A DNA stretch of 64,000 bases from an uncultured Fluviicola sp. (GTDB taxonomy: Bacteria > Bacteroidota > Bacteroidia > Flavobacteriales_D > Crocinitomicaceae), in contig CBINBC010000015.1 in the NCBI GenBank assembly GCA_966248825.1, positions 1-64,000 of the forward strand. The letters are read 5' to 3'. The position numbers were made by a program, and so were the translations under genes. Of the stretch, positions 40,043 through 49,979 are shown piece by piece. The notes beneath the pieces were generated by a model. That model did not search any database. It was not told the DNA's origin and was given only the letters and a program-made list of their open reading frames with translations. Each line of letters begins with the position of its first letter. Position 1 is the stretch's first letter.

Positions 40043-41380
40043 ATGGATTTTTGGGTTCGCGCAGCTCAGCTGATTTTATCACTTTCTCTTCTGATTGTAT
40101 TGCATGAGTTCGGTCATTATTTACCGGCAAAATGGTTCAATACCAAGGTGGAGAAGTTTTACCTGTTCTTTAACCCTTATTTTTCGGTTTTCAAGAAAAA
40201 GATCGGGGAAACAGAATGGGGATTGGGTTGGATTCCGTTGGGTGGTTATGTAAAAATTGCCGGAATGGTAGATGAATCCATGGATAAAGAACAATTGGCA
40301 CAACCGCCTCAACCCTGGGAATTCCGTTCAAAACCGGCCTGGCAGCGTTTGATCATTATGCTTGGAGGAATCATTGTGAACGTGATCGTTTGTTTCGCGA
40401 TTTACATCATGGTATTGGCTGTCTGGGGTGAAGAAAAGATCGACCAGGACAAAATGGTGAATGGAATGGCTATTCATCCCTACATGGAACAATTTGGTTT
40501 TCAGCAGGGAGACCGGGTTTTAACGGTTGACGGCAAGAAACTGGATGAACTGCAACAATTGGGCGGAGAGATCCTGATCTTCAATATGCGTCATTTCAAA
40601 GTAATACACCCCGACGGAAAGATTGAAACAATTGTTCTTCCGGAAGATATCGGTAACAAAATGTGGGAAAACGGTGCGGAAAAAGGAACTTTCGACTTCA
40701 GAAGGTTTATGGGTGCTGCAGATTCTGTTGCTCCGAAAAGTACAGCTGCAAGAATCGGGATGAAAAAAGGAGACCAAATCTTAAAAATTAATAGTAAAGA
40801 AATCAACTTTCACGATGAATTAACCTCCCAATTGTATCACAATAAAGGAAAGAAAGCACACCTGACTATTTTAAGAGATGGAAAGGAAATCGAAAAAGAT
40901 GCGTTCATCGGGCAGGATGGTATGTTGGGATTAAGCTATAAGAATTTGAAAATCAGTACCGATACCAGTGCTTTTTACACACAGAACTATTCTTTCGGCG
41001 ATGCATTTGTTTCCGGTTTCGGAAAGGGACTTCGAACGATGTACATGAATGTGGCTCAATTCAAATATGTTGCAACCAAAAAAGGAGCAAGCTCAATCGG
41101 TGGTGTAGGTTCAATTGGGAAATTATTCCCGGCAACCTGGAATTGGCAAGCATTCTGGACTCTTACTGCATTCCTTTCGATGATGCTGGCTATTATGAAC
41201 CTGCTTCCTATTCCGGCACTGGATGGAGGGCATGTCATGTTCTTGCTGTATGAAATGATTACGGGTCGTGCCCCAGGACAAAAGTTTATGGAATATGCCC
41301 AATATGTTGGATTTTTCTTACTGCTGGGATTAATTCTTTACGCGAACGGAAAAGATTTGATCGGGGCTATTACGGGATAA
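40043..41380 (+). CDS. rseP: RIP metalloprotease RseP (site-2 protease, M50 family)
   Basis: HExxH in the first TM helix (VLHEFGHYLPAKWF), a PDZ domain and the C-terminal LNLLPIPALDGGH motif. 445 aa. Confidence 0.92.
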   Translation: MDFWVRAAQLILSLSLLIVLHEFGHYLPAKWFNTKVEKFYLFFNPYFSVFKKKIGETEWGLGWIPLGGYVKIAGMVDESMDKEQLAQPPQPWEFRSKPAWQRLIIMLGGIIVNVIVCFAIYIMVLAVWGEEKIDQDKMVNGMAIHPYMEQFGFQQGDRVLTVDGKKLDELQQLGGEILIFNMRHFKVIHPDGKIETIVLPEDIGNKMWENGAEKGTFDFRRFMGAADSVAPKSTAARIGMKKGDQILKINSKEINFHDELTSQLYHNKGKKAHLTILRDGKEIEKDAFIGQDGMLGLSYKNLKISTDTSAFYTQNYSFGDAFVSGFGKGLRTMYMNVAQFKYVATKKGASSIGGVGSIGKLFPATWNWQAFWTLTAFLSMMLAIMNLLPIPALDGGHVMFLLYEMITGRAPGQKFMEYAQYVGFFLLLGLILYANGKDLIGAITG

Positions 41381-41493
41381 AAAATCGTTCAAAATGTTCA
41401 AAGAGTTCAAAACAGTATCACTTTATAAATCGTTGAACTTTTTAATCCTTTGAACTCACTTAGGAAATTAAATTTTACGAAATGTATAAAAGG

Positions 41494-41526
41494 TGGCATA
41501 AGTCGAAAGATTTATGCCATTTTTGT
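41494..41526 (+). terminator. Rho-independent terminator downstream of rseP
   Basis: tggcataa-gtcgaaagat-ttatgcca followed by tttttgt. Confidence 0.55.
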
Positions 41527-41550
41527 ATAAAAGAAACACCCTGGCTATAA

Positions 41551-42231
41551 ATGTCGGGATCAAAAAAGAACAACATGAAACAATTACTATTATCAATTTT
41601 ATTTTTTGCTGTAGCAGGAAGTTCTATAGCACAACAAACAACGGGGCAGATTTCATACTCGATGGATTTTGCCAGCGATAATCCGGATATGGCTATGGCG
41701 CTTCCGATGATGCAAGGTTCAACTATGGAAATGTACTTCATGCCTAACAAATCCAAAATCGACATGACGATGGGTACGTTCATGAAAATGAATACGATTG
41801 CTGATACAAAAGCAAACAAAGGATTAATGTTGATGGAAATCATGGGTAACAAAACAGCTACTGAATTGGATCTTTCCAAAACGGATAAGGAAGAGAAAGC
41901 AGAACCTACAGTTGAAGTAACTACAGAGACAAAAGAGATTGTTGGTTACAAGTGTACAAAAACCATTGTGCGTGATGCAGATGGAAACGAGGCCATCATG
42001 TGGATTGCAAGTGATTTGAAAGCATCTTTGAAGGGACAACAGCAATTCGGGAACAGCAAAGTAGAAGGAGTTCCATTGGAATTCTCTACGGTAAACAATG
42101 GAATGACTATTCACTTCGTTGCTACCAAGTTTTCAAAGAAAGTAGATAAAAAAGCATTCAGCTTAAAGATTCCGGAAGGATATACTACAGTATCCGAAGA
42201 TGATTTGAAGAATATGGGCGGCGGAATGTAA
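41551..42231 (+). CDS. Hypothetical secreted Met-rich protein. The likely start is MKQLLLSILFF at 41575.
   Basis: Signal peptide. Unusually Met-rich N-terminal half (MAMALPMMQGSTMEMYFMPNKSKIDMTMGTFMKMNT). No catalytic motif. Confidence 0.55.
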   Translation: MSGSKKNNMKQLLLSILFFAVAGSSIAQQTTGQISYSMDFASDNPDMAMALPMMQGSTMEMYFMPNKSKIDMTMGTFMKMNTIADTKANKGLMLMEIMGNKTATELDLSKTDKEEKAEPTVEVTTETKEIVGYKCTKTIVRDADGNEAIMWIASDLKASLKGQQQFGNSKVEGVPLEFSTVNNGMTIHFVATKFSKKVDKKAFSLKIPEGYTTVSEDDLKNMGGGM

Positions 42232-42245
42232 ATTCCAAAATCACT

Positions 42246-42283
42246 AAAAAAACAAACCCCGACATTTATCGTCGGGGTTTTTT
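42246..42283. terminator. Bidirectional rho-independent terminator between convergent genes
   Basis: aaaaaaacaaa-ccccgac-atttatc-gtcgggg-tttttt. It is flanked by an A-run and a T-run, so it can terminate both strands. Confidence 0.7.
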
Positions 42284-42287
42284 AGTA

Positions 42288-43841
42288 TCAGATATTTTTC
42301 AGCTTAATGAACTTTTTGGTAAACGTTCCTGAGTTCTTATGCACGGTAACAATGTAGTTCCCGGATGGTGTTCCGTCCATATTGATCGGTACCAAATGCT
42401 CTCCGGGCTGAAATTCTTTTGAGCAGACTTCACTGATCAATGTACCTGTAGTATCGTAAACACGAATGGTTACACGTTCTCCTGCACATTTGAATTTCAA
42501 GGTAGTTTGGTCCACACATGGATTCGGGAATATCAATACATCATTTTCCATTGATTGCTCGTTCACTCCTAAATTGCATGAATCCAGCACAGAAATGAAA
42601 TTGATGGTTTGTTCGAACATTCCCTGGATGTCTGCAACATCTGCCTCAAACCAATCTCTTAAAATCGAAGCATAGATGTCTCTAAAGTCGATTTGCATCG
42701 GTACCCCTGCCTGGTCGGTAATTGTATTCGGAATCACCGGATTCGGGCCAATGATACCGCTGCTGATACACGCACCGAACAGGAACAATGGTGCCGCATC
42801 CCCGTGATCAGTACCATCACTCGCATTCGAAGCGATTTGTCTTCCGAATTCTGAAAAAGTCATTCCTGCAACCCTGTTTTCAAGCCCTAACAAACTTAAA
42901 TCGTTTTGGAAAGCGGCAACTGCGGTAGATACACGGGAAAGCAAATTTGCATGTGTACCGGTTGCAGGTGCTCCGTCAACCACCTGAGCATCGTGGGTGT
43001 CAAAACCGTTTACATTGACAATGTAGATTTTCGTTTTCAAACCTCCGGAGATCATTTGAGCAATGTATTTGAGGTTTTTCGAGATCTCATCATTGGGATC
43101 ATACATGGTTGAAAGTGAATTCCCGGCATTCGCTGCGGCATTCACCTGTGCTCCGTAAGCATTTGCCTGCATGATCAGGGTAGACAAATATTCCATGTGA
43201 GCACCATAATAGGTACCGTCATTTACCTGCCCGGTTTCAACCAGGTTATAACTGTCGAACGGATTATTGATCGCCACAGAAAAGTTAGCTGCCAATCCCT
43301 GACATGTTGCAGATACTTCGTATCCCATGCTGATGGCAAATGGATCCGGGTTGGCGGTATCCGGGTAATCATCCGGGAAGTTGGGGAACTCCTGGTCCAG
43401 GTACCTTCCCAGCCAGCCTCGCGTGGCATTTTGGTCCAGCATTCCGGAAGTCCAGATATCCATCGATCTGAAATGTGAGCGGTTTTGCTCCGGATATCCT
43501 ACATTCTGAATAATGGATAAACGCTCGTTATCAAACATATCCCGCATTCCCGACATAGCAGGATGCAATGCATTGGTCGGTGTAATTGTAAGCAATTGAT
43601 TCTGTGGAATCAGGATATTCGGACGTTGAATTGCCAGGTTGGCATATTGATCCAAGGGAACCAAAGTCCCCAATCCATCATTTCCTCCGTTCAAACGAAT
43701 AATGACTAAAACCCGGTCTTCCGCTGCTCTGGAAGACTTAAACAGGTCCTCGGTAACAGCTCCGAATTTAAAGTTCTTTAAAACCAGTGGTGCTCCAATA
43801 GACGAAAGCGCGACCGACTGTACAAAATTTCTTCTTTTCAT
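42288..43841 (-). CDS. DUF1501-family protein (Tat signal) with an appended T9SS C-terminal sorting domain
   Basis: Twin-arginine motif MKRRNFVQSVALSSIGA. Adjacent to a DUF1800 partner (classic pair). C-terminal CTD VLIFPNPCVDQTTLKF…YIVTVHKNSGTFTKKF. Confidence 0.6.
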   Translation of the reverse strand: MKRRNFVQSVALSSIGAPLVLKNFKFGAVTEDLFKSSRAAEDRVLVIIRLNGGNDGLGTLVPLDQYANLAIQRPNILIPQNQLLTITPTNALHPAMSGMRDMFDNERLSIIQNVGYPEQNRSHFRSMDIWTSGMLDQNATRGWLGRYLDQEFPNFPDDYPDTANPDPFAISMGYEVSATCQGLAANFSVAINNPFDSYNLVETGQVNDGTYYGAHMEYLSTLIMQANAYGAQVNAAANAGNSLSTMYDPNDEISKNLKYIAQMISGGLKTKIYIVNVNGFDTHDAQVVDGAPATGTHANLLSRVSTAVAAFQNDLSLLGLENRVAGMTFSEFGRQIASNASDGTDHGDAAPLFLFGACISSGIIGPNPVIPNTITDQAGVPMQIDFRDIYASILRDWFEADVADIQGMFEQTINFISVLDSCNLGVNEQSMENDVLIFPNPCVDQTTLKFKCAGERVTIRVYDTTGTLISEVCSKEFQPGEHLVPINMDGTPSGNYIVTVHKNSGTFTKKFIKLKNI

Positions 43842-43863
43842 AGTTTCTGATTTTGGTCTACAC

Positions 43864-45525
43864 TTACATTACTTGAGATTCAGGAAGCTGAAACAACCTG
43901 TAAAGCACCAGTTCCACCCGTTGGCGGACCGGACCGCTTACTGTTGTATTTCCGGGATCTGCTAAATAATCATTGTATTGGATTGTCCATTCAAAATCAG
44001 GCTGTCCGTTGGTCAAAATGGATTTCAAAACCGTTTTTTCTATCACAGAAACACCTTTGCAGGTGAAAACGGTCAAAATATCCTCTATTACCTGCGGAGC
44101 GCTGGAAGGTATGCTCAAATTATCCAGGAAATTTAGCGTATTGATCTTAAACGAATTTCCATTCACTACTATTCCATTCGTGAGTGTCATCAATGCACTC
44201 AGGTCAAACCGCAATTTCAACAAACTTGAATTTGCCCACAATCGCGAGAAAGCCGGAGTTTGATAATAGGCTGTCCAGCCGCCAACACTCGGAGTTCTTA
44301 AGTATTCCATTCCCATTACCTGTGATAAGTAATAAAGGTTCAGGTAAATTTCATAATTAACCGGAACGGAATAGTTCGGAACCGAACCGGAAGCATTGAG
44401 CATCGTGAACAATAATTCCAATGGATTTTTAATAATGGCTCCGCGCACGGAGATATCGTAAAAATGTTCACTTTTCAGCAATTCCTCTATGACCGGCATG
44501 ACTTCAAAATTATTGGAAGTCAGCGTAGCTGCCATATCCGTAATAACGGTACTTTCCACACTCGGTGTCAGGTCGTAATTAACAAACCAGCGGTAAATCT
44601 TCCGGCATAGGTACTTAGCCATATCCGGCTGGCTGAAAATAATATCGACATAGTTGGCGTATTCGGTATTTCCGGAGTCCGGAACTACTGTCGAACCGAA
44701 ATAAGCGCTCAGGGTCTTGCTCGATGTATCATGGAGAATCGGGTAAAACACACTGGAAGGCTGACTGGCAGAAGTACTGTATAGATCCGTAACCGTCCAC
44801 CCTGTTAAAATTTTTGCACCGGCAGCGACATCTGCTTCCGTATAGTTGGTATAATCACCCGTTCCGACTTGCGGACCTTTCCCGACCGTAAACAATTCCA
44901 AAAGCTCACGTGCATAGTTCTCATTCGGGGAGAACTGATTGTTTGTTGCACCGTTCAGGAACAAAAGCATCATCGGATCGATGGTCATGTCTTTTACCAG
45001 CTGTTTAAAGTTCCCCAGGCAATTCAAGCGGTACTTCTCATGCATTCCGTAAACCGCTTTCGCCTCGTTGGTACCGTCTACTCCAAAATGGTTGTCCCAA
45101 AACAAACACATTTTCTCCTGGATACTAACCGTGGGTTGGTTAATCCGCTGCATGAACCATGCACCCAACGAGTATAAACGTGCGTTATTCGTTGGTCCGG
45201 GATTCGCCGGATATACGTCATTAATCCACGTTGAACCGATTGCAGTAACTGCTTCGTCGGGGTGAAAAGCCAAAGGCGGTGAAACACTCGGAAGTGCCAA
45301 TAATTGAGCAACAGTTGCATTCATCCCGTTTGTTACAGCTTGTGTAATCTGGGTGAGTGTAGCACCAAACATGGTCCTGCGCAATAAATGCGCTGCTTCT
45401 GCCTTTGTCCAGGCACCTGCGTATGGTGTTAAACTCAGTGAAATGGGCTCCTGTACATTTTCTTCAGGAATCATAATAGTAAGTTTTAGCGAAGGGAATT
45501 TAGTATAAAAAGCCGTAACGGACAA
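43864..45525 (-). CDS. DUF1800-family protein
   Basis: AAHLLRRTMFGAT signature near the N-terminus, ~550 aa, immediately upstream of DUF1501. Confidence 0.6.
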   Translation of the reverse strand: MSVTAFYTKFPSLKLTIMIPEENVQEPISLSLTPYAGAWTKAEAAHLLRRTMFGATLTQITQAVTNGMNATVAQLLALPSVSPPLAFHPDEAVTAIGSTWINDVYPANPGPTNNARLYSLGAWFMQRINQPTVSIQEKMCLFWDNHFGVDGTNEAKAVYGMHEKYRLNCLGNFKQLVKDMTIDPMMLLFLNGATNNQFSPNENYARELLELFTVGKGPQVGTGDYTNYTEADVAAGAKILTGWTVTDLYSTSASQPSSVFYPILHDTSSKTLSAYFGSTVVPDSGNTEYANYVDIIFSQPDMAKYLCRKIYRWFVNYDLTPSVESTVITDMAATLTSNNFEVMPVIEELLKSEHFYDISVRGAIIKNPLELLFTMLNASGSVPNYSVPVNYEIYLNLYYLSQVMGMEYLRTPSVGGWTAYYQTPAFSRLWANSSLLKLRFDLSALMTLTNGIVVNGNSFKINTLNFLDNLSIPSSAPQVIEDILTVFTCKGVSVIEKTVLKSILTNGQPDFEWTIQYNDYLADPGNTTVSGPVRQRVELVLYRLFQLPESQVM

Positions 45526-45593
45526 ACTAAATTGTTCATCTTGTAATTTTCAACTAGTTTGTCCGGTATTGACCCGGAACTCAACACTATCTA

Positions 45594-47864
45594 TCAATAT
45601 TTGATCAGTTGAATGGTACGGGTATTTCCTCTTTCATCCGATACATTCGCCAGGTAAGTTCCGGACTGCCATTCCTGAGCGGTTAATACCGTAATTCCAT
45701 TTTCCAGGCTGCCTTCTGTTATGCGTCTTCCTGACAAATCATAGACTGCATAAGTTCCTTTTACTTCACTTCGAATGGTGAATGAACTGTTGGAAGGATT
45801 CGGATAAATCAGGACCGAAGACATTGCAAGCTCATCCAATTTCAAAGCACAATTATTTAGTGCATCAAACGTAGGATCTGCAAATGTAAATGTTCCTCCA
45901 TCGGGGCATCTTGCATAGGAAATATCCTGTGACTGCTGCCCGAAATCTACCTGGTCATAGATCGTAGTTCCATCCGAAAGGATGAGTGATTCACCGGCGG
46001 AGCTGAGTTTAAAATTCGCATGCAATCCGCTTTGTTCCGAATCATTATCTGTCCATATAATTAGTACATCGTTTGCATTTACAGCCGTTCCAAGCGGAAT
46101 TTGCCACTTCATTAAATTACTTACATCGTCTGTCAGGTACAATCCCGAAAGATTTTTTGCTGTTGAGGTATGATTGTACAACTCAATCCAGTCATCGTTT
46201 TCCCCGTTTGAATCGTATGCTGTTGAACCGTTATCAGCCATCAACTCATTGATTACAATATCTCCCGGGCCAGGTAAATCCATTGTAATATTCACGGTAT
46301 GAAATTCGTGTTCAGCACGAGCAGGACTAAAAATACCCGCATTTGTGTTTTCTGCATAGATGTAATATTCCATCACGATTCCATTTAGCGCTATATCAGC
46401 TCCATATACTTGGTCACCTGCCGATCCGTCATTGTGCATCCCGTCATCAAACATCTGAACCCGATTAAAGCGCAATGGATGTTCCAGGCGGTATCCCATG
46501 AAAACGTTTGTCTCATTCGAACAAACTGCTGTAACAGTTATCGTTTCGCCATAGTTCGGACTATTATTACTTACTGCATGTGACGTAATTGCAGGAGCAG
46601 ATAACAGGTAGTCTGAATTTGACTGAAAGAATGAAACACGAGATGCCATCAATTGCTGAATTCCCGGAATGGATGATCCTCCTCCCGGTCCCCCGCCCCC
46701 CGTCACACTGGTTGTCATTCCATTTTGGAATTGCGTATAAGTGTAAAACTTGTAAGGATCTACCTGCACGGATGCATCAATTGCAGTGCGTAAAGTATTT
46801 GCAGTCGCCAGGTAATCTCCCGAAACAAAGACCTCTTGTAAAATGGTTCTTAAATGCGCCATGTACATCCGTTTGTACATCGGATCAGCCATCATTTTCT
46901 GGATCAGGGGATGGTTAGCTGAAGTACTGTTCGAAAAAGGATCAAGTGTAGCTGCCGTATACGATTGTCCCTGCGCAGGACCTCCGGGAAAACCGGCAAA
47001 ACTCATATTCAGATCCCAAACTGTCGGAACGAACCGATCATTCAAATCCCGGTACAGGTAATAGTTCTGTCGAAAGGCTCCCGAATAGGAATCCAGGTTA
47101 ACCAACACATTATTGAATGCAAGCATCCATAAAGCCCGGTCCACATCCAATTTCGCTTCAATGTCTGAAAAGTTATTGTTCAATGTATTTGTCAGATCAA
47201 CCAGGTTACTCCATCCGTAATCCGATTTCAATTCATACCCATTGGAATAAAGTGAACTGTCGGACCCTAAATACTTCAAATCGGGGTTTACTCCGGCTCC
47301 GGGGCCAGCTCCTCCGATAGGATTGCATTTAAAGAATGTTCCATCGGAAGTGTAATAATGATCGCCGTTAAATCTCTTATTGATACTTTCTGCGTTTGAG
47401 TATAAACCACGCAAGGTTCCATTGATATACACGTTTGCAAAATTGGCCTTCGGGCAATCCATGTATTGTTCCAATATTGCATACGAAAGTACCTCACGGA
47501 TCATAGACGGATCCTGGTAACCGTTCTGTAGTTTGATATCCGTATATCCTTCATAATCATAACTTCCATGTATGTAATCTAGCTCAATATGGATCGGATT
47601 TTTATTGTTATTTGCATTGTAGGAGCTGTTTCCCTTATATTTTACACCGACGCTGTCGAAAACAATTCCATTGATACGAACAGAATCTGCCAGCAAATAA
47701 TCTTCCGTTGTGGAAGCAAGCGCATCCAGTTGGGAATCCCAATTCGAAAAGCCAAAGAAAATCTCAATTTTCTGAACGGTTGATCGGTCATACAATCCCT
47801 GGGCTCGGGCAGAGCTGCTAATAAAGCTGCACACAATTACAGCCAGTAAGATAGTTTGTTTCAT
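45594..47864 (-). CDS. CotH-family (atypical kinase fold) protein with a lamin-tail domain and T9SS C-terminal domain
   Basis: Signal peptide. CotH-like core (…IREVLSYAILEQYMDCPKANFANVYINGTLRGLYSNAESINKRF…). LTD motif (IVINELMADNGS…DDWIELYNHTSTAKNLSGLYLTDD). CTD SVLIYPNPSNSSFTIRS…GTYLANVSDERGN. Confidence 0.65.
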   Translation of the reverse strand: MKQTILLAVIVCSFISSSARAQGLYDRSTVQKIEIFFGFSNWDSQLDALASTTEDYLLADSVRINGIVFDSVGVKYKGNSSYNANNNKNPIHIELDYIHGSYDYEGYTDIKLQNGYQDPSMIREVLSYAILEQYMDCPKANFANVYINGTLRGLYSNAESINKRFNGDHYYTSDGTFFKCNPIGGAGPGAGVNPDLKYLGSDSSLYSNGYELKSDYGWSNLVDLTNTLNNNFSDIEAKLDVDRALWMLAFNNVLVNLDSYSGAFRQNYYLYRDLNDRFVPTVWDLNMSFAGFPGGPAQGQSYTAATLDPFSNSTSANHPLIQKMMADPMYKRMYMAHLRTILQEVFVSGDYLATANTLRTAIDASVQVDPYKFYTYTQFQNGMTTSVTGGGGPGGGSSIPGIQQLMASRVSFFQSNSDYLLSAPAITSHAVSNNSPNYGETITVTAVCSNETNVFMGYRLEHPLRFNRVQMFDDGMHNDGSAGDQVYGADIALNGIVMEYYIYAENTNAGIFSPARAEHEFHTVNITMDLPGPGDIVINELMADNGSTAYDSNGENDDWIELYNHTSTAKNLSGLYLTDDVSNLMKWQIPLGTAVNANDVLIIWTDNDSEQSGLHANFKLSSAGESLILSDGTTIYDQVDFGQQSQDISYARCPDGGTFTFADPTFDALNNCALKLDELAMSSVLIYPNPSNSSFTIRSEVKGTYAVYDLSGRRITEGSLENGITVLTAQEWQSGTYLANVSDERGNTRTIQLIKY

Positions 47865-47937
47865 GTTGTAGTTTTTCCTAGGATAGGATTTATTACCAAA
47901 GGTTTAACAGATCTTTAAAATAAAAAGAAGGATTGTT

Positions 47938-48873
47938 TCAGAATCCCGAATCGGTGTTTACAAAAAGGATATTCCGTTTCAATCCTGAGAACTTGGTCCT
48001 TTTAACCGCACTGCCTTTAAAAATGGCTTGAAAGGTTAGCTCGTCCAGCTCCTTCCAGTCTTCCTTCGAAAAGGATAACAGCTCTTTTTTCGGTAAAAAT
48101 TCGGGTTCCGTATGCGGCTTCGAAAAACGGTTCCATGGACAGACATCCTGGCAGATGTCACAGCCATAAACCCAATTATTCATATTTCCGCGAAACATTT
48201 CCGGTAAATTCGCATCTTTCAACTCGATGGTAGCATAGGAGATGCATTTGGATCCGTTCACAATATAAGGAGCTTCGATCGCATCTGTGGGGCAGGCATC
48301 TATACATTTCGTACAGGTACCACAGTAATCACGCATTGGTCCGTCTGGTTCGATTTCCAAATCACAAATGATTTCGGCAAGGAAGAAAAACGAACCGGTC
48401 TTCGGCCGGATTAAATTCCCGTTCTTACCTACCCAGCCCACACCACTTTTTTCAGCCCAGGCTTTTTCCAGTATCGGTGCGCTGTCTACAAAAACGCGAC
48501 CTTCTATTTCACCTATTTCTTCCTGCAGTTCGGAAACCAATTGTTTCAACTTGGATCGGACTACATCGTGGTAATCTTTACCATAGGCATATTTGGAAAT
48601 TTGGAACGTATCCGCTCGTTGCGTTTCCGCCGGAAAATAATTGTAAGCCAGCGAGATCACGGTTTTGGCTCCCGGAACCAAAATGCGCGGGTCCAGCCGC
48701 ATGTCGAAATGGTTTTCCATGTACCCCATCTTTCCATGCTTTTCTGCTTTCAGCCAATCAACCAATCGCGGTTCTTCAGAAGCTAAAAAATCAGCTTTGG
48801 AAAAACCCACGTGCAGGAAGCCGATGTCTTCAGCTTTCGTTCGAATGCGTTTTTTTAACTGGTCCTGCTGCAT
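47938..48873 (-). CDS. queG: tRNA epoxyqueuosine(34) reductase QueG
   Basis: Two 4Fe-4S ferredoxin motifs ([27 protein letters not shown]) within the QueG architecture. 311 aa. Confidence 0.88.
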   Translation of the reverse strand: MQQDQLKKRIRTKAEDIGFLHVGFSKADFLASEEPRLVDWLKAEKHGKMGYMENHFDMRLDPRILVPGAKTVISLAYNYFPAETQRADTFQISKYAYGKDYHDVVRSKLKQLVSELQEEIGEIEGRVFVDSAPILEKAWAEKSGVGWVGKNGNLIRPKTGSFFFLAEIICDLEIEPDGPMRDYCGTCTKCIDACPTDAIEAPYIVNGSKCISYATIELKDANLPEMFRGNMNNWVYGCDICQDVCPWNRFSKPHTEPEFLPKKELLSFSKEDWKELDELTFQAIFKGSAVKRTKFSGLKRNILFVNTDSGF

Positions 48874-49003
48874 GATTTAAAACAAAGTCTTCTCCGGAAT
48901 ACAGAAGCTAAATTAGTAATACCTGCCGAGTTTTGAAAACCAGTGAACCCGATGTTCCATTTCCTTCCCGGGTTTACCGGGAATATGAAAAATGAATTAA
49001 TCC

Positions 49004-49032
49004 GTTGACACTAAATTGTTTTGGTATCTTTG
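49004..49032 (+). promoter_or_regulatory. Candidate sigma-A promoter (TTGaca…TATCTTTG) for the downstream secreted protein gene
   Basis: TATCTTTG at 49025-49032 matches TAnnTTTG, with a TTG 17 nt upstream. It lies inside the track's TTG-started ORF, which argues that the true start is the ATG at 49083. Confidence 0.35.
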
Positions 49033-49082
49033 TTGAACACTTTAACCGCTTAGGTGTAAGCAGTCAAAACAAAAATCAGATT

Positions 49083-49871
49083 ATGAAGAAATTCTTTTTA
49101 TTGATGCTTCCGTTATTCGGAGCATTCTCTTTACTAGCTCAAAAATCCGAGTATACCTATGTAGACGGTCTTTTAACGATTGACGGTGTGGAAGTAGCTA
49201 AGATTACCAAAATCAAAGATTCCGAAAACATGGGGCTTACCAGCACGTTTGAAGTGAGCTCGATGGACGGGGAAAAACTGATCATTGCGGCTTACGCAGG
49301 AGAATTTGAACAGGATCCCAATAATAACATGGACCATTTCTACCGTCTTACGTTTTTAACCGCTAACCAAATCGGGATTTTTACGGTTGCTAAAATGGGA
49401 ACTGAGAAGTCCTTCGCCAAACTATTGGGAAAAAGCGGAATTTTCGTTGATGGAAAACTGAATGACCAAAAAGTACAGGAATTCATTGCTAAGAAAGGAA
49501 AAGCACCTAAGATCGCTATGGATTACACTTTGGTAAACCGCAACAAAAGCTGGCCTCTTAATCTAAAAGAAGACAAAACCATTGAGCAGGATTCCAAAAC
49601 AATCGGAAGCTTTAAGGATATCAGCGTTAAAAGTACTGGAAACGATACTTATGAGTTCAAGCTGCCTTCCGGAGTAACTATTGCCAAAGCGACATTCACA
49701 GGAGGCAACAATGCGAAGAATTGCGAAATGCAAACGATGAAAGACAATTTGAAGCGTGTGGTTCCGATGGCTTCTGCAGACAACGTGACTTTCAGCGCAT
49801 CAGCTATTGACCGTAACCAATTGGTATTGGAACGCATCGTGAAATGGCTGGTTGCTAATCAGTATTTGTAA
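49083..49871 (+). CDS. Hypothetical secreted protein
   Basis: MKKFFLLMLPLFGAFSLLAQ signal peptide begins at 49083. Protein-like composition. No motif recognised. Confidence 0.6.
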   Translation: MKKFFLLMLPLFGAFSLLAQKSEYTYVDGLLTIDGVEVAKITKIKDSENMGLTSTFEVSSMDGEKLIIAAYAGEFEQDPNNNMDHFYRLTFLTANQIGIFTVAKMGTEKSFAKLLGKSGIFVDGKLNDQKVQEFIAKKGKAPKIAMDYTLVNRNKSWPLNLKEDKTIEQDSKTIGSFKDISVKSTGNDTYEFKLPSGVTIAKATFTGGNNAKNCEMQTMKDNLKRVVPMASADNVTFSASAIDRNQLVLERIVKWLVANQYL

Positions 49872-49979
49872 CCCAAGAACCATTGAAAACAGTAGGGGTG
49901 TCTCGGTTAAACGGAGACGCCCCTAATTATTTAAAACATGATATCATGTTATAATGATTTCGTTATATAACGAAGGATT

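Noticed and set aside
41475-41879. 134-aa minus-strand ORF overlapping the start of the Met-rich secreted protein gene
   Set aside because: It overlaps a better-supported plus-strand gene that has a signal peptide and also the rseP terminator region. It has no motifs and a hydrophobic shadow-type composition.
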